DNA from: Pocillopora damicornis | Lineage: Eukaryota | Assembly: GCF_003704095.1 (NCBI RefSeq) | Contig: NW_020843402.1 | Coordinates: 124,001-188,000, forward strand | Direction of reading: 5' to 3' | Length of the DNA stretch: 64,000 bases | Shown: piece by piece, positions 13,171 through 28,100 of the stretch | How positions within the stretch are numbered: position 1 is the first letter of the stretch | Layout: each line of letters begins with the position of its first letter | Position numbers and translations under genes: made by a program | The notes under the pieces: generated by a model | What the model was told of the DNA's origin: nothing | What the model saw: only the letters and a program-made list of their open reading frames with translations | The model's database searches: none

Positions 13171-16100
13171 ATATTAACGTTTTTTTTATTAACATATTAA
13201 CAATCAGCCGAGATTTTTAAAAGTTTCTTGTAAAATCATCCTTCGTTTATTACAAGATAAACAAATTTCCATGCCAAATCTTTTTCTCTTAAATAATTCA
13301 GTTTTTTTCCTCTTTAATCAAACAGTCAAGGATCGTTTGGTATTTTAATCAATGTATTGGGAGAAGTAGAAAATATCCTTGATATGAAGTCTTAATATAT
13401 TACTTAAAGTTTCAAACGTGCTGTCATGAACTACTCCACGAAGGTTTTCGAAGTTGTCATTGTCGTGAAATGCAAACTTTTACAAAAGGCTTTTACTGTC
13501 AACTTTTGTGCTATCAATTAGATAGAAATTAAACATAATGATTATCACGTGAATGGATGATTCGATATTTCATGAAGAAACTTAGTAGTTCAAAAATAAA
13601 ACAAAGTAATAAATACTTCGTCATCGGTCGCGAAATGGCAATGACTTTTAAATCGACTTTTGTTTGTTGGTCAACGTGGAAAATTGGTGATTTTGACGTG
13701 AAAAGGAATAATTCGATTCTGAATACTACATTTTGTTTTAAGTTAATAATTGTGTACTAAAATGTTGTTCTACTTATAATAACGAAATTGGAAAAAGATC
13801 TTTTGGCATAATGACAAATAAATCAGGTCAGATCAGCATTTGGTTAAGAATATTAGACAGACACTGTAACCCTTTCTCATGCGCGCGTTCTTGGGCGTTA
13901 CTAGAAGGTATTCGAAAGAGGTAGGCGTCAAGCAGAATTTATCCCGCGACCTTCGAAACGTGCACGAGGTTTGAAAACTTCCTGAAAAACTCATCAGAGT
14001 TTAAACAGTTACCCTTTGATTTAGTGAAGTTTTGAATTTGCACACTTAAGAACTTAAGTTTTAAAGAAACTGTTTGAACTAATCAATTTGCCTTTTCGGG
14101 ATTTTATTTATGAACGATTTGCACTTTCGGATGCAATGAGATAATCAGGCTGACAAACGTTCAGCGACGTTTGGATGATTTTGACGAACATATTTAGCAA
14201 TATTTGAGTTAATAAAGGCGGGTAGACGAACCGCGAATACAATACTAGATATGATTACATCAGATAAATGACGTGTTTCACATCGTAACAATTCAAAATT
14301 AAGACAAGAGCAAGCTGTCGTTGACAAGAGGGCGGTAACGCTCTGATCATTATTCAAAGGCGCTTATAGATAGTTAGGTCGGTTCAGATGAAACAAATGT
14401 CACACTCTTCGTATTTGTAAAACACCTTAAAACTAAGATAGCTAATCTGGTCGAAGAGCAAAGATGGTACTGGTTTTTTACATGTATTAAGACGTAAGCT
14501 GGCAGGAATTTAAATTCTTAGCTGATTTCTTGTTTGGATGTGGTGAGACAGGATGTCGCTGTGCACTGAACTATATAACACGCACGTACAGCGATACTAA
14601 AACCGCACTCATCTGATTTCCTCAGGAAAAGTATTTTTGGAATATATAGAGAACATGCAATACTCAAGTAGTCGTTTATTATATTTGTAAGAGAATATTC
14701 TTCTCTAACTTGAGAGATGTAAGGCTCCTTATAACATCAACAAAGTTGCGATGTGCCTTTGTGAGATTAAACTGAGTTGTGGAACTTTACCTCGAATATC
14801 GCGTGATATCCTTCATAATTCTGATGATAATCTGTTCAAATCCTCCCAAAAAGTCTCTTACAAACCGCAATTACTGTTCATTTGTGAGCATCTCAAAAGA
14901 CTGCAACTTAATTTGAAAGTCAGATTTTTTCCACAAAAGAGTTGATATCATCCTGCGACTGTTGGTGGTTTTTCCAGTTGATTAATCACGAATAGCCGTA
15001 CTGTTGTCAAAGTTAAACCTTCTTTCAAGAGGTACAAACATGACACCTACAAGTTTTTCTTTTTTTTTTCTACCAAGCTTTAGTCATGGCGTAGGCTAGC
15101 TATCAGTTTGTGAAGGGACGCGTTATAAAACCAATTTGAGCTCATACTGGTTTATTTTGAGTGATAGTTAGGGGAGTTTAAGACCCTAAAAGAAAGTCTG
15201 ATTCTTATAATTTTTTCGCGCAATGTGGGCAGACAATTTCGAGTTTGTCTCTCGGCACTGATTTCAGTTATCGGTCAATCTATTTGTTCGATGTGTAAGC
15301 TATGATTCACTTTGTCCAGGAGTGATTTGCATGCACAATGACCTTTCTTGACGCTAGAAATGGAATTTTTGTGGTTTAATCTGCGGCAGCTGATATTAGA
15401 AGAAAACTTTGATTGTTTTTCTTTTGTTCTGCTGTGGCAGTTGTGGTCAAGTGATCCTTTGGGGGTAAGCCCTGCAGTTGATAATTGGCTATAGATAACA
15501 AAGATATTCTGAATGTCACGCAAGCTGTATAAACCGCAGACTTCTCGTAAACTGACAATTATTGACAATTCATAAAGTTATTGGGTACTAGCTATAGAAT
15601 TCTTGTAAATCTGGTTCATATTTACAGCATTTACGAGGCGTGAAATACAAACAAATTACAAATCGTGCCCTTTGAGTGGCCTTCAATTCGAATAATTGAA
15701 AACATAACGATGTTGAAGAGAATTCTAATCATGCGACCTTTTAAGATCACTGACTATTGCTAATAAAGGAATATAGATTCTTTCCTGAATTAGCATTAAA
15801 ATGGCTCGTTTCTATGGAGACAGTGTCAATTAGGTTGTCACATTTCCTGTCGGTTAAGGGCCTGCGGTGTATTAGTATTCCCAAGAGATTTCACAAATTT
15901 TTCATTTACTTTTCAACACACCAGACATGCTGGTGGATTTCTTGAACCGATAAAGGACATGTCCGCATCTTACCACATGTATCCTTTCAAATGTACTGCA
16001 TTCCTTCGCTTGGAAGTTGTATAGCGCTAAACTAAATATATCTGGAATGGATTTAATAGATGAATTAACTTTTTAACGGTAAGCACAACTCACGATTAAA

Positions 16101-16192
16101 CAAATTATAGGGGACTAATTGCTTCGTAGTTGTTATCGTTTCTCTCTAATGTTATTTTTGCCGTTTCTTGAAATCCAGGTGAAGGTTCCAGG

Positions 16193-19100
16193 ATGAGATC
16201 TCTCTTTAAACTCGTGGTACTGCCGATTCTTTTATTCTGTTGTTCTTTAAATGTTTGTCTTGGAGTTATCGAGGAAAGTTTGGTGGAAAACAATACACAA
16301 ACTTTAGGAGACGATGGATTGCGGCAAGGTCGTCCCAGTTCAGTCGTGGTTGAAACTGTTCCCACCTATTCGTGGGAATTTCGTTCAAAAAATGAAAAAG
16401 ACATTAAATTTACGAGTGGTGGACTATATCAAGCTACGATTTCCGAGACAAAAAAGTCTCAAATAATATGTGACTTGAAAATGGGTGTTTATGCTCACGA
16501 CGAGGACACTGAGGTCGAATTCAACATAACGAAAGGGAACGCTGAGGGGACATTCACTGTTAGTTCCAAGCGCGTGGAAGACTTCATTTTTATGGAAATT
16601 ACAGCTGAAAGAAAACTAAATCGCGAAGAAGATGGATATTTCTTGCTCACTGTGGCAGCCCAGCATCCAGAAACAAATGAAGTACTAGATATGACTGAGG
16701 TGAATGTGAACGTCCTAGACTTGAATGATAATTTACCAAAATTTTCACGTCTGTTTCAACATGTGACTGTAGAGGAGGACATTCCTCTACACACTTCAGT
16801 TGCTCAAGTGGTTGCCAACGATGAAGACATGGGCCCAAATGGATTGCTCTATTTCTCTTTTATTTCAAAATCCCCCTTCTTCGCTATTGACCCAATCTCT
16901 GGGGTTGTAACTGTAACGAGATCTTTGGCCGGTAAACGGAGAAGAAGCTATGGATTACTAGTGACCGCACGAGATCGGACTTTGCCGTCTTCAAAAGCGC
17001 AGTCAGCGAAAGCAAAGCACAATATCACCGTTACAGTAAGGCCCGTGAACAGGTTTTCGCCAGAGATCAAGGTGAAGTTTCAGCTTGAAAAGATCATCGA
17101 AGGAAACAGCGATATTCGTTTTGCGGTAATTCAGGTTTCCGATCAAGATAACGCAAACAGTGGTGAAATTAACAAAGTGAGAATCACTTCAGGAAACATG
17201 GAGGGACATTTTAAAATCAGACGCTCACAGGATGCTTCGGACGAGTTTTGGATCGATGTTGTGAAGCCACTAGATCGTGAAAAAGCACCAAACGGCTATA
17301 AACTGGTTATTACAGCCTTTGACAAAGGCTCCCCGCCGCGCAGTGGAACCGTTACGTTACGTGTTTTGATTGAAGATGTTAATGACATCAAACCGGCTTT
17401 CAATCAAAGTCTCTATGAGGCCACCATTTCCGAATTAGCGCCGTTGTACACCTCCGTCGTTCGTGTATTTGTAGACGATGGTGATTTAGGCAACAATGCA
17501 AAAGTTTATTACACTCTGCGTGGGGGACACAGTAAAAACTTTCGTATAGACCGCGAAACAGGGCTCATAACTACCACAGGGCACTTAGACTATGAAACAA
17601 AACCAGTATTAGAATTTGACGTGTGGTGTTTTCAGTCCGATTCGTCGAAGCAAATGGCCAGTGCAAGAGTCTCTGTTAATATTGAGGATGCAAATGACAA
17701 TGATCCAGAGTTTGAAAATCCATCATATTCACTGGAATTTTTTGAAGATTTGAGACCTGGAACAAAATTACCACTAACAGTCAGGGCAAATGATCCAGAC
17801 AGTGGAAGTAATGGAAAGATTCAATACTCAATCATAAATAGGGAGTCACTTCCATTTGCCATTGATTCAGAGACTGGAGATATTATCTCGTTAACATCGC
17901 TGGACAGGGATGCAGGAGTACCAGAGTTTATTACCCTTAAGATACGGGCATCAGACTTTGGAGAGCCATTCAGAAGGGAGTCAGAGACTTATGTACACCT
18001 CCACATCAAGGCCAATAATGACAATCAACCCGTGTTTGAATATTTCCGGTGTACTATAAAGATCAGTGAAGATGCACCAGTAGGAACCATCTTAACCAGT
18101 CTTACAGCTGTTGACATTGATGTTGGTGAATCTGAAGGACTCGTCTATGGGATAGACCCAGTTGGAAACACAGATAAAACTTTTAGCATCAATCCAAGTA
18201 CTGGACAGTTAAAAACTGCAAAATCTCTTCAAGGTGGTGAAAAAGAGTTTTCTCTATATGTCACAGTGACTGATTCTGCACTGAAGTCAAAGCATCCGGT
18301 AACTCTTAAAATCATGGTTGTTTCACCCCAGACTGCTACTGAATTTCTAAACTATGTTGAGACAAGATGCAGTGTTTTTCCTCATTACCTCAAAGCTGTG
18401 GAACATGTGAGGAAACAAGGAAACTTCAAACCATCTTATCCTTCAATTGAAAAAGTACCTGCCAAGCCAACCAATAGAAACTATCCAAGATTTCATTTGC
18501 ATAAGTCTGTCATTGAAGTCAGTGAAGATGTAGCTGTGAAATCAACCATCATGAAATTCTCTGCTACTGATGATGATCAGGGATACAATGGTATGATTTT
18601 GTACTCCATAGTGAGTGGTAACATTGGCAGTGCATTCAATATAGACATGCATACTGGAGAGCTTTACATAGCTTCTTTGCTAGACAGAGAAACCATGGGA
18701 AAGTTCAGATTGAACATATCTGCCAATGATTGTGGCTCTCCTGGTAAAACAGCTCATACAGTCATCTATATAAATGTTATTGATGTGAATGACAATGCCC
18801 CTGTCTTTGAACGGGACATTTATGAAGTTAGTAAACCAGAGAACATCACACGTGGACAGACAGTTGTTGTAGTGAATGCAACAGACATGGATGATGGTGA
18901 AAATGGAAGAATTCATTTTAAATTGTTGAATGACTTTGGAGAGAAGTTCAGAATAGATTCCAGAACAGGTCGATTGTCAGTTGCCTACGCACTTGATTAT
19001 GAAGACCGCGCAAAGTACAGCATAGAAGTACAAGCATTTGACAACTCTCCAACATCCCAGAGGATGGTATCTGCCATGGTTATTGTAAACCTGGTGGACA

Positions 19101-22100
19101 TAAATGATAATGCACCTGCAATAGTTCCAAGAACTTTCAATGTTTCCATTCCTGAAGACCTCCCACCAGAGAGTGTTGTGGCTGCAATTTCTGCAGAAGA
19201 TCCAGACACAGGGTTAGGAGGAGAACTTGAATTTTCTTTTGTGGACAACCTCAAAAGATTCAAGATTGATTCTGGAAGTGGTGTGATAAGATTACGTCGC
19301 CATGTGGATTATGAACAGGAAAATGTGTATAACTTGAAAGTCAAAATCAGTGACAAAGGGACACCGCGCCTATCATCATTTGCGAATGTAAACATTAACA
19401 TTCTTGATGTAAATGAAAACAATATTGCCCCAATATTTCCTGGGGTGAGTCTTTTAAGGGCAACTGTGTCTGAGAACAGCCCTGTTGGAACTTCTGTTCT
19501 GAAGGCAGAAGCCTTTGATAGTGACTCATGGTATATGAGCTATTTTATCATTGATGGAACAGGAGTTGATAAGTTTGAAATTGGCCGTGAAAATGGCATC
19601 ATCAGAACCACAAAAATGCTTGATTGTGAGGAAAGTGATCATTATTGGCTGCACATCCAGGTAAAAGACCGTGAAATGTCTCCACTACACACCAATATTC
19701 CAATGTTGATTACTGTGCTGCCAGTCAACGATGACCCCCCTTATTTCAACCCTGCTATTTATTTTCCATCTGTCATTGAAAATGCTGCACCAGGAGAAAG
19801 TGTTGTGACTGTGAAAGCTCATAATCCAAGTTCAGATGGGTCTAACCTGCTTTATTCTATCAAAAGTGGGAATGAGGCTGGTAGGTTTGCCATTGATAGG
19901 AAGAGTGGCCTCATTACAACAACCACATCTCTTGATCGTGAAGAACAAGATAAGTATGAACTGGAAGTCAAGGTGTCTAATGGTGACAACCCACCAAAAT
20001 CTGCATATATTACTTTTCCAGTGACAGTTGCTGATGCTAATGACAATGGTCCTTACTTCTTGAAATCCTTCTATGATGTTTATTTTAAGCAGCAGGATGA
20101 TCCTTCAACTTCTGTTGAGATCTTGAGAGTTGCAGCGGTGGACAAAGATATCAGCAGCAATGCTGATCTGACCTATGGGTTTTTGTATCCATCAGAAATA
20201 AGTCCTGGACTGTTGAAAATTGATCCAAAAACTGGTGTCATCTCTGCCAAACTTTCCTGCCAAGGTGAGGATTACCTTGAGTTTGAAGTCAATGTTACAG
20301 ATGGTGGAGTACCCCCAAGATCTGCAACAGTTCCTGTTTTCATGGAGTACTGCATGTCAAAGAACCCACCTAGTTCTAACCCACCCCGGTTCAGGCAAAA
20401 GGTCTACAAGAAGTCATTTAAAGAAGATGCTGAGGTTGGATCTGTTGTGGAACTTGTTTCTGCCCATGATTCTGATGGTGACTCTTTGACATACTCTATT
20501 ATCTCAGGAAACATTGGAAACAAATTCCTAATTGACAAAGCTAGGGGTGAGGTAACCATTGCCAACAAACTTGATCATGAAGAAGCCAGTTCTTATACTT
20601 TGACAATCCAGGCATCTGATGACTATAACGCTAAAACAACATCTTTGGAAATTGAAGTTGAGGATGTCAACGACAACTCACCAGTGCCCTTGATGACAGA
20701 GTATCAAGTTCATATTCCAGAAGATGCCAAAATTGGATCAGTACTGACCAAAGTTGAAGGTAACAATTATTGCTCTTTGCCAACAGATACTTTTCAATGT
20801 ATACTGATTATTATTAATCATCATAGTCTTCCTCTGGTGTACCTGGAATTGTAGAAAAAAAGTGTTGTGATATGATGGGATCACTATCTGAATTGTTGTC
20901 AAAGCCAGACCTAATAGTGTTAGTTTGCAAACATAACCTCTTGCATGCCCAGACCACAATCATATACTCCTCAGGAAAGCTGTATTAACAAACATTTAAG
21001 GACGAGTAAGAGAAAGCTAATTATCCTTTGACTTTTACATCAATTTGACAGCAACTGATGGAGATGGCGGAGCCAGTGGGTCTGTAAAGTATGCCATTGT
21101 GGGCTCAGTCAAACAAAAGTCCATTTCATTGTTCATGATCCAGAGCTTAACTGGCAACATCAAGACAACAAAGCCTCTGGACTATGAAGATTTGAAGGAG
21201 CATACTCTTATAATTGAAGCCACAGATCAAGCAACTCCCAAGAGACAAAGTCTCTTTACCATTGTGATTAAAGTGGATGATGTGAATGATCACAAGCCCA
21301 TGTTTGTTAGATCAGAGTTCAAAGCTGAAGTGAATGTTGATGCCTCCATTGGCACTCCCATTATCAAAGTGTTTGCAACTGATGATGATGATGGTACAAA
21401 TGCATTGCTTAAATTTTCCATCAAAGGTGGAAATACAAATGATGCATTTTACATTGATCAGAATTCAGGAATTATACAAGTAGCGGCAAAATTAAGTAGT
21501 GCTATTGATGAATACAGTCTTCAAGTGCAGGTGTCAGACAGTGGAATCCCAACTCAAACAGCTGAAGTTGAAGTGAAGGTGAGTTTAGATGGCATTCTTT
21601 TGTATATCAGATATTTTAAAATGTTGTTGAAATATTTTTACTTCAGTGCTAAATGAGAACAATAAGGGGGGATTTCCAACTTCAGAGGAGTGGCATAGCT
21701 GGTAGATTTGTTATGTTGGGGGTTTCTTTAAGATTTAGTGTCAGGAGGTCAGCCTCAGGAGACTTCAGTGGGCAGAAAAGATCATATGAAGTGAATATGT
21801 TTATGACCAACTTGAACCACTGGTACCTGTTACCCTCTGTGCAATGCAAGCCCTGGTTTTCAGGTTTTCTCTGTGACACCTTGTCTGTTTGCCTGAAACT
21901 TTGTGGTTGTTAAAGCTAGTTTGAAAAAAAAATTTCTGTTGTATTAATTTTTACTAACATGTATTATATTTTCAAAGTGTTTGTTTCATGGGCCTTATTT
22001 GGTCTATGTGTAGGGTTTTGGGTTTCACGACTTAATTCCATGTACCATTCTAATGTCAAATATTCTGGTCAAATCTACGATAAAGTTCTGTTTGATTATC

Positions 22101-25100
22101 TCATTAACTAGATTCTATTTCCAAAATGTCTTTAGATTTTGGTAAGAGGCATTAACCAGCCTGTTGAATTCGAGCGACCTTTATACCAAGCTTCAATCAA
22201 AGAAAATCATCGTCCTGGTCATCCAATTATTAACGTGATATTCAATGGCAGCTTGCCGTCTTATGAGTTTGTGCCACAGGATAACGCCTGCTGGAAAGAC
22301 TTTGATATCAACCGGAAAACTGGGCTAGTTACTAACAAGGTAAACATCACATTGTTATTGACTTTTTCCAGTGAACCTGCTGAGAAAAGGTTCGATTTGT
22401 TTCAACTTAACAGTATGTTACATGTTGAAGATTTTTCGTGTGCACAGCAGTTCATTTTGTGAACGTGATGCTATTATTATTTGGTATGCAGCAGATGAAA
22501 GGATTTCCTCTCTCGAAGTTATTAAATTAACATTACAGCAATTATTTAACGCATCGCAATATGAGTAATATTTTTACGGTGAAAGAACCTTTTTGGCTTT
22601 CTTATTTGTTTAATTGCTCAAGGAGGTAACTTTATAAAGGCAGCTAGATTGTTCGAAAGCCTAAACTGATCAGTGTTTAGTCCGGCACTGACCCTAACTG
22701 ATTTCCCTCTAAAACCTGCTAAAACTTAAAGTATATTTAAAAGGTTTAAAGACATATTTTGTGAAGTTAATCAGTTGCTGACAATCTCTTGTGGCACGTG
22801 ATTTGCCTAGTACTGTCTTCCTTTTCTCGTGAAATACGGTTGGACTCAAAGGAAAAAACTAATGTGGACAATCTGAACTGTTACCAAATACAATTCATTT
22901 TAATGCAAAAAAACAAGTACAGAAACTTTAAGCTTTAAAAAGTCATTTCAATATCTTATGACATTATCAAGTTACAGGTTGTCGTTGCCAAATTCTTTAA
23001 TTTTGGGGGGGGGGGGTAAAAGCGTGTTTATTGTTAAGAGGTAAATGGTTATCTTTCAATTGAAAAGAGTTACATGATCTTTTGATTGCAACTGCATAAA
23101 AGGTCTTTGTAAACAGAACTTAGCTGTACGAAGCAGGAGATTCCGGTGAATTGATCTGCAGCATTTCTCCTCATGCTAAGACAAAAATAGATGTTTCATT
23201 ATCTGGAAATATGTGAAAACTGCCTTTGAGTAACAACTTGAAATGGCTCGCGCGACTGTTTTAGACCCTGCTGAGTATGAACAGAAAGTCTTAAGATTTT
23301 ATTCGTTAATCTTATTGCAAGGTGTACTTTGAACATATTATTTTATCACTTAATGGAAGAGTAATGAGATTGTTGTCACAAAAGTCGAGTTCTTGAAGCA
23401 AATTATAAAGTTACTTAGCATCAAGCATTATGACGCAAGCTCTCAAGATTAAGTGGGATTGATTTCCGTTTGCAAAATTCTTGTCGTTGCTCCCTACAAT
23501 TCTATGCTAATAAAATATTTTCATTCGCGACATTTCATCTTAGAAGCATGTGCTGTTCTTATTCTTTAAATGTTGGCGCAAGAATGTTAAGAAAAAAAAA
23601 ACAGTTGCATACTGGACTTTATTAGTTAATTGTCTCGCGTGGTTGCGTTCCGTGATAAATTGCAGGAGCTTTATGGGTATGCGTTGAGCTGTAATCCGAC
23701 ATTCCCTCACCCTAGTAACTCATAGCACGTTCCAATTTATTATGGTTTTCAAATAAAACAGACAAAAAATTGCTACTTTAAGATAAAAAGTCATCCACTG
23801 ACCACCAAGGCTCAGTGAAATGTTTTAGACTTTGCTTGAACCGTTAACAACGATAAGTTACGCTTTTGGTTGTTGCATGACTTGGGGCTGATTGATCATC
23901 TGTTCGTCATCGCCTCTTTGGCGTCAATGACAAAGGTCATCTTTTCCACATGAGACTTATCTGCCGATTGAACCTTCTAGAATGCATTTCTGGTTTTATC
24001 AGTCCTTAAAATAGCATATTGAATGAACTTAAAGAGTCTGAACGTTTATGAAATGATTTTCATCGTAACAAGTTTTTGATTTTCCCTCGCGTGATGTTTG
24101 TGTAACTTTTTGCTTAGCAGCTCACCAAAGGTCATTGTGAAATTTTTACGTGTGCGCTTGATTGTTAGAAAATATTTTAAGCCCTTAAATCCGCTTAACA
24201 GAGAAAGGTTATGACACTGAATGAGTTTTTATTTTAGTTTAGGTTGTCAAATTCAGTTCGAGTCGATAACAAACGAGGATATTTTACTTTTTGGATATCA
24301 ATAGTTTTTCATCAGAAGTATTTTCCTGTTTGTTTCTCAAAATGGTTACATATTCGTGGGTGTTCTGATAAAAATACCAGTAAAAATAGAGACAGATGTT
24401 CTTCTGTTCACCCGAAGGTGTTGTTTTTTCTATAATTTGAAGAGGATGTTCGTGATCTGACAAAGTGTTCTTTTTTCATTTGGTGCGCCAGTCTCAAATC
24501 ACATTACAGTTTTCATTGCAAAGTCATTAAGTCGTCATAAGTCTAAATCATGAAAAATGGGCGTAAATTGTTAACCTCTTGAAATCGTTATATTTTGGAA
24601 AATTATCAGCTCTTCGACGTTGTTTCTCGACCCTCGGTCCCTTTCTTTTGATACTCTCTCGAAACTTGATAACAAAGCAAATATTAGGCCGGCAACCTGA
24701 CGCTGCATGTTAAAGACTACTTTGAATTTTGTTATCTGTTCTACTTTCTTGGGACGAAGAATATGTTTTTAAATGACTTTGAGTGTTTTTTGAAAGGTAT
24801 TATCATACTACGTGTCTCACTTAAGTTATTATAAGAAATAAGTGCAACAAGCTGGCACAATTTTATTTTCATGCCGTTTCAGTGGAACCAAATTTAGAAG
24901 TATATTGGTATATTCCCGGCAGGGTTTACTGTAATCAAGTTCATTTTTTTGTCTGCTTCTAATGGTAAATTACTGTAAAAAAGAGCAAAATTAGACTGTA
25001 ACTTTCCCATCATAACTTGGAAACTATCACATTAGAGCAGAAATGTTAGAAATGTTTCGAGTTGTTGAGCAACAAAACAGAGGAGACAAATTCGGGAAAA

Positions 25101-28100
25101 TGGAAGAGGAAACAAACCACATTTGTGACGCAAAGCAATTTTCAGCTATTTTATACGGTTTGAATCTAACCGCAACTTTTGCTTTTAGAAACCTTTCGAT
25201 GCTGAAGAGCTTACTGAGTGCAAGTTCTTAATTCGTGGAACCAGTAGCGATGGAAATGGACAGACTCAACTGATTGTTAAAATAATCGACGAGAACGATC
25301 ATGCGCCGGCATTTAGCCAACTGCTCTACCTGGGACACATCAAGGAAGGCTTACCTGAAGACTCGCCTGTAATTGGTGGAGATGGGAAAGCACTTGCCAT
25401 TCAAGCCAGTGATGCCGACGTCAGCGGTAGTGATTTGATGTACGAAGTTGTTGGATGTTCGATGTTCACGATTGACTCACAATCTGGAGAACTGATGACA
25501 GCAGAGGTAAAGAGAATATTGCGGGAAGAATTTCATTTAGTAGGTCTGGCTCTAGAAGTTTCTTGGTCTGCTGGTTAGGTTTTGTAATTTGGCAAGGCGC
25601 TTTACTCCTAATGCACCTCTGTACACGCAGGAATATGCGGTGTATCTTTAACTTTTTTCAGTGAGACCAACTTGATTGCCTTTGTTAAGTAGGCTTTTCT
25701 TTTCTTCCTTCACAGATGCTGGATTTTGAGTCCGTGTCGTCGTACAGGTTCAAGATCAAAGTTTCTGATGATGGAACACCCAGTTTTTCTGCTTTTACAG
25801 ATGTCGTTGTCTCGGTGCACGATGTCAACGACCTTCCTCCAATCTTTTCCTCTCCTGTGTTCGAAGCAGTAGTCTTCTTACCAACGTACTCTGGTTCTGT
25901 TATAACCACAGTCACAGCTGCAGACGGAGACTCCCAACCTCTCACTAGCCTTACATACTCAATTGCCACGCCATCTCTCACGCACATCTTTGATATTTCC
26001 CCAAGACAAGGTGTTATAACCGTGAAAAACTCTTCACTCATACATCAAGCAGTTTATCACGTTCAAGTCTCTGTTTCGGATGGAAACTTTAGTAATCAAG
26101 CCACTGTGAATATTGAATGTAAACCGCTGCCAGTCAGTGATCTTCAGTTCAGTCAGATGGAGTACAACGCGTCAATTGTAGAAGGAATCAGTACAGCTGC
26201 CGACATCGTTCAACTGCAGACTGTAGGCTACTCAATCGGCGACACCATTACCTACTCAGTCGTTGTTCCATCGCATTTCTTCGTCATCTCCGAAAGTACA
26301 GGCATCGTGTCGACGTTGCCAGGAAAAACGTTTGATCGAGAGACAACAGATCGATATGAAATCGTTGTCCAAGCTCGGGACGACAGAAAACCAATGCCTC
26401 GAGTAGCTCAGAGTCTGTTGTACGTGATTGTGGATGATGTAAACGACAATGCACCGATTTTTACCAAAGATGTGTATTTCTTCGTGATCCAAGTTAGTGC
26501 AGATGTCGGAGCATTTGTGGGACAGGTCCAGGCAAGCGACAAGGATATCGGCAGCAACGGTGCCATCAAGTATGTGATTTCCGTTGTTTACATCGGGAAA
26601 GTTAGGGTTGTTTTGTTTTTTGGAAGCTCTTTGATAGCATCCAGCTTCTTTCTTTTTTCGTGATGTTGCTGATGTATGTTATGTTTGTTCTATCACAGGT
26701 ACTTTCTCAAAGGAGGAGGGGAAGGCCGTTTCGAGGTCCGCTATGCCACTGGAAACATTGAAGTCAGCAGGTTGTTAGATGGCATAATAGTTCCCTCTGT
26801 CTTTACTCTTGAAATTGAAGCGCGAGATGAAGGCGTGGTACGAATGAGTGCCAAAACTATTGTGAAGATCAAGGTCGTGGATAAAGAAACACCTATATTC
26901 GACTACTTGAGTTACAGCAAGGTGGTAAGAGAAGATGTGAATGTTGGTGAGGAAATTACCCGAGTACAAGCCAGAAGTCCTGGTGGTGCAGATATCTTGT
27001 ATACAATCTTGGCTGGAGATCCATATAATCAGTTCGCCATTGATTTAAAAACAGGTTAGAATTAAGCACCTCATACATAACAAAAGGCCGCTATTTTTAT
27101 CCCTGCGCGCACAATTTCACGTATTGGAAAACTCTTTGAGCCATAGCTTACAAGAGGGGAAATGCAATTTGATAAATAAGTTGTTGGTACTGTTACGTGT
27201 ACTGGGTTTCATAAGAAAAGAGACACGAGTTCGTTTTATGTCAAATTTATATTGTTTGGTTTTTGCTTGTAAAGGTCTTCTCATATCTTTATTTGATTTA
27301 ACTAGGAGTTCTGACGGTAGAATCCTCTCTGGACTACGAGGTTCGGACTAGCTACCAGCTTCTTGTGCGTGCTACTGACGAATCGACGACGTCTTACGGA
27401 GAAATCACAGTGCTTATCACCATCACTGATGTCAATGACATCGCTCCACTGTTTAACCAATCACTGTATCTGGCGACTATTCCTGAAGACACTCCGACTG
27501 GTACCTCGGTGGTTTCCTTCACAGCGTTCGATAGAGACTCGGGAGTTAATAAGCAGCTAAGTTACCGACTGGAAACATTGAATTCCCATAATGATAGCAA
27601 AACAAGTGAGTTCTTCGTCATCAGCCAGGCAACAAGTCAAATAGTAGTTGCGAAGAGACTGGATTACGAACAGAATATAGTCCATGAATTGAAACTGATC
27701 GTTACAGACGGTGGGACTCCCCCGCTGACTGGAGAGGCTCGTGTGCGCATTGTGGTCGAAGACGCAAATGATAACCCGCCCAGTTTTGAACAGAACAGCT
27801 ACGCCACGTCCATTTCAGGCAGTGCAGGGCCTGGATTCTTTGTTACACGCGTGATAGCCAGTGACCCGGATGACGATGACGTTGGCAAGCTACGTTACTT
27901 GATTAAAGCCGGACACGGAAAAGAATATTTCGAAATAGATTCAACGTCCGGTGTTCTGACCATCTCAAAGCATGTCGGTTTTGAACGCGGTAAGGTGTAT
28001 GACCTTAGTGTTGAGGTAACGGACGGGAAATCATCAGCGGTGACCAGTGTACGGGTGGTGATCGGCGACACTAACGATCACAGTCCAGTATTCGATCAAG

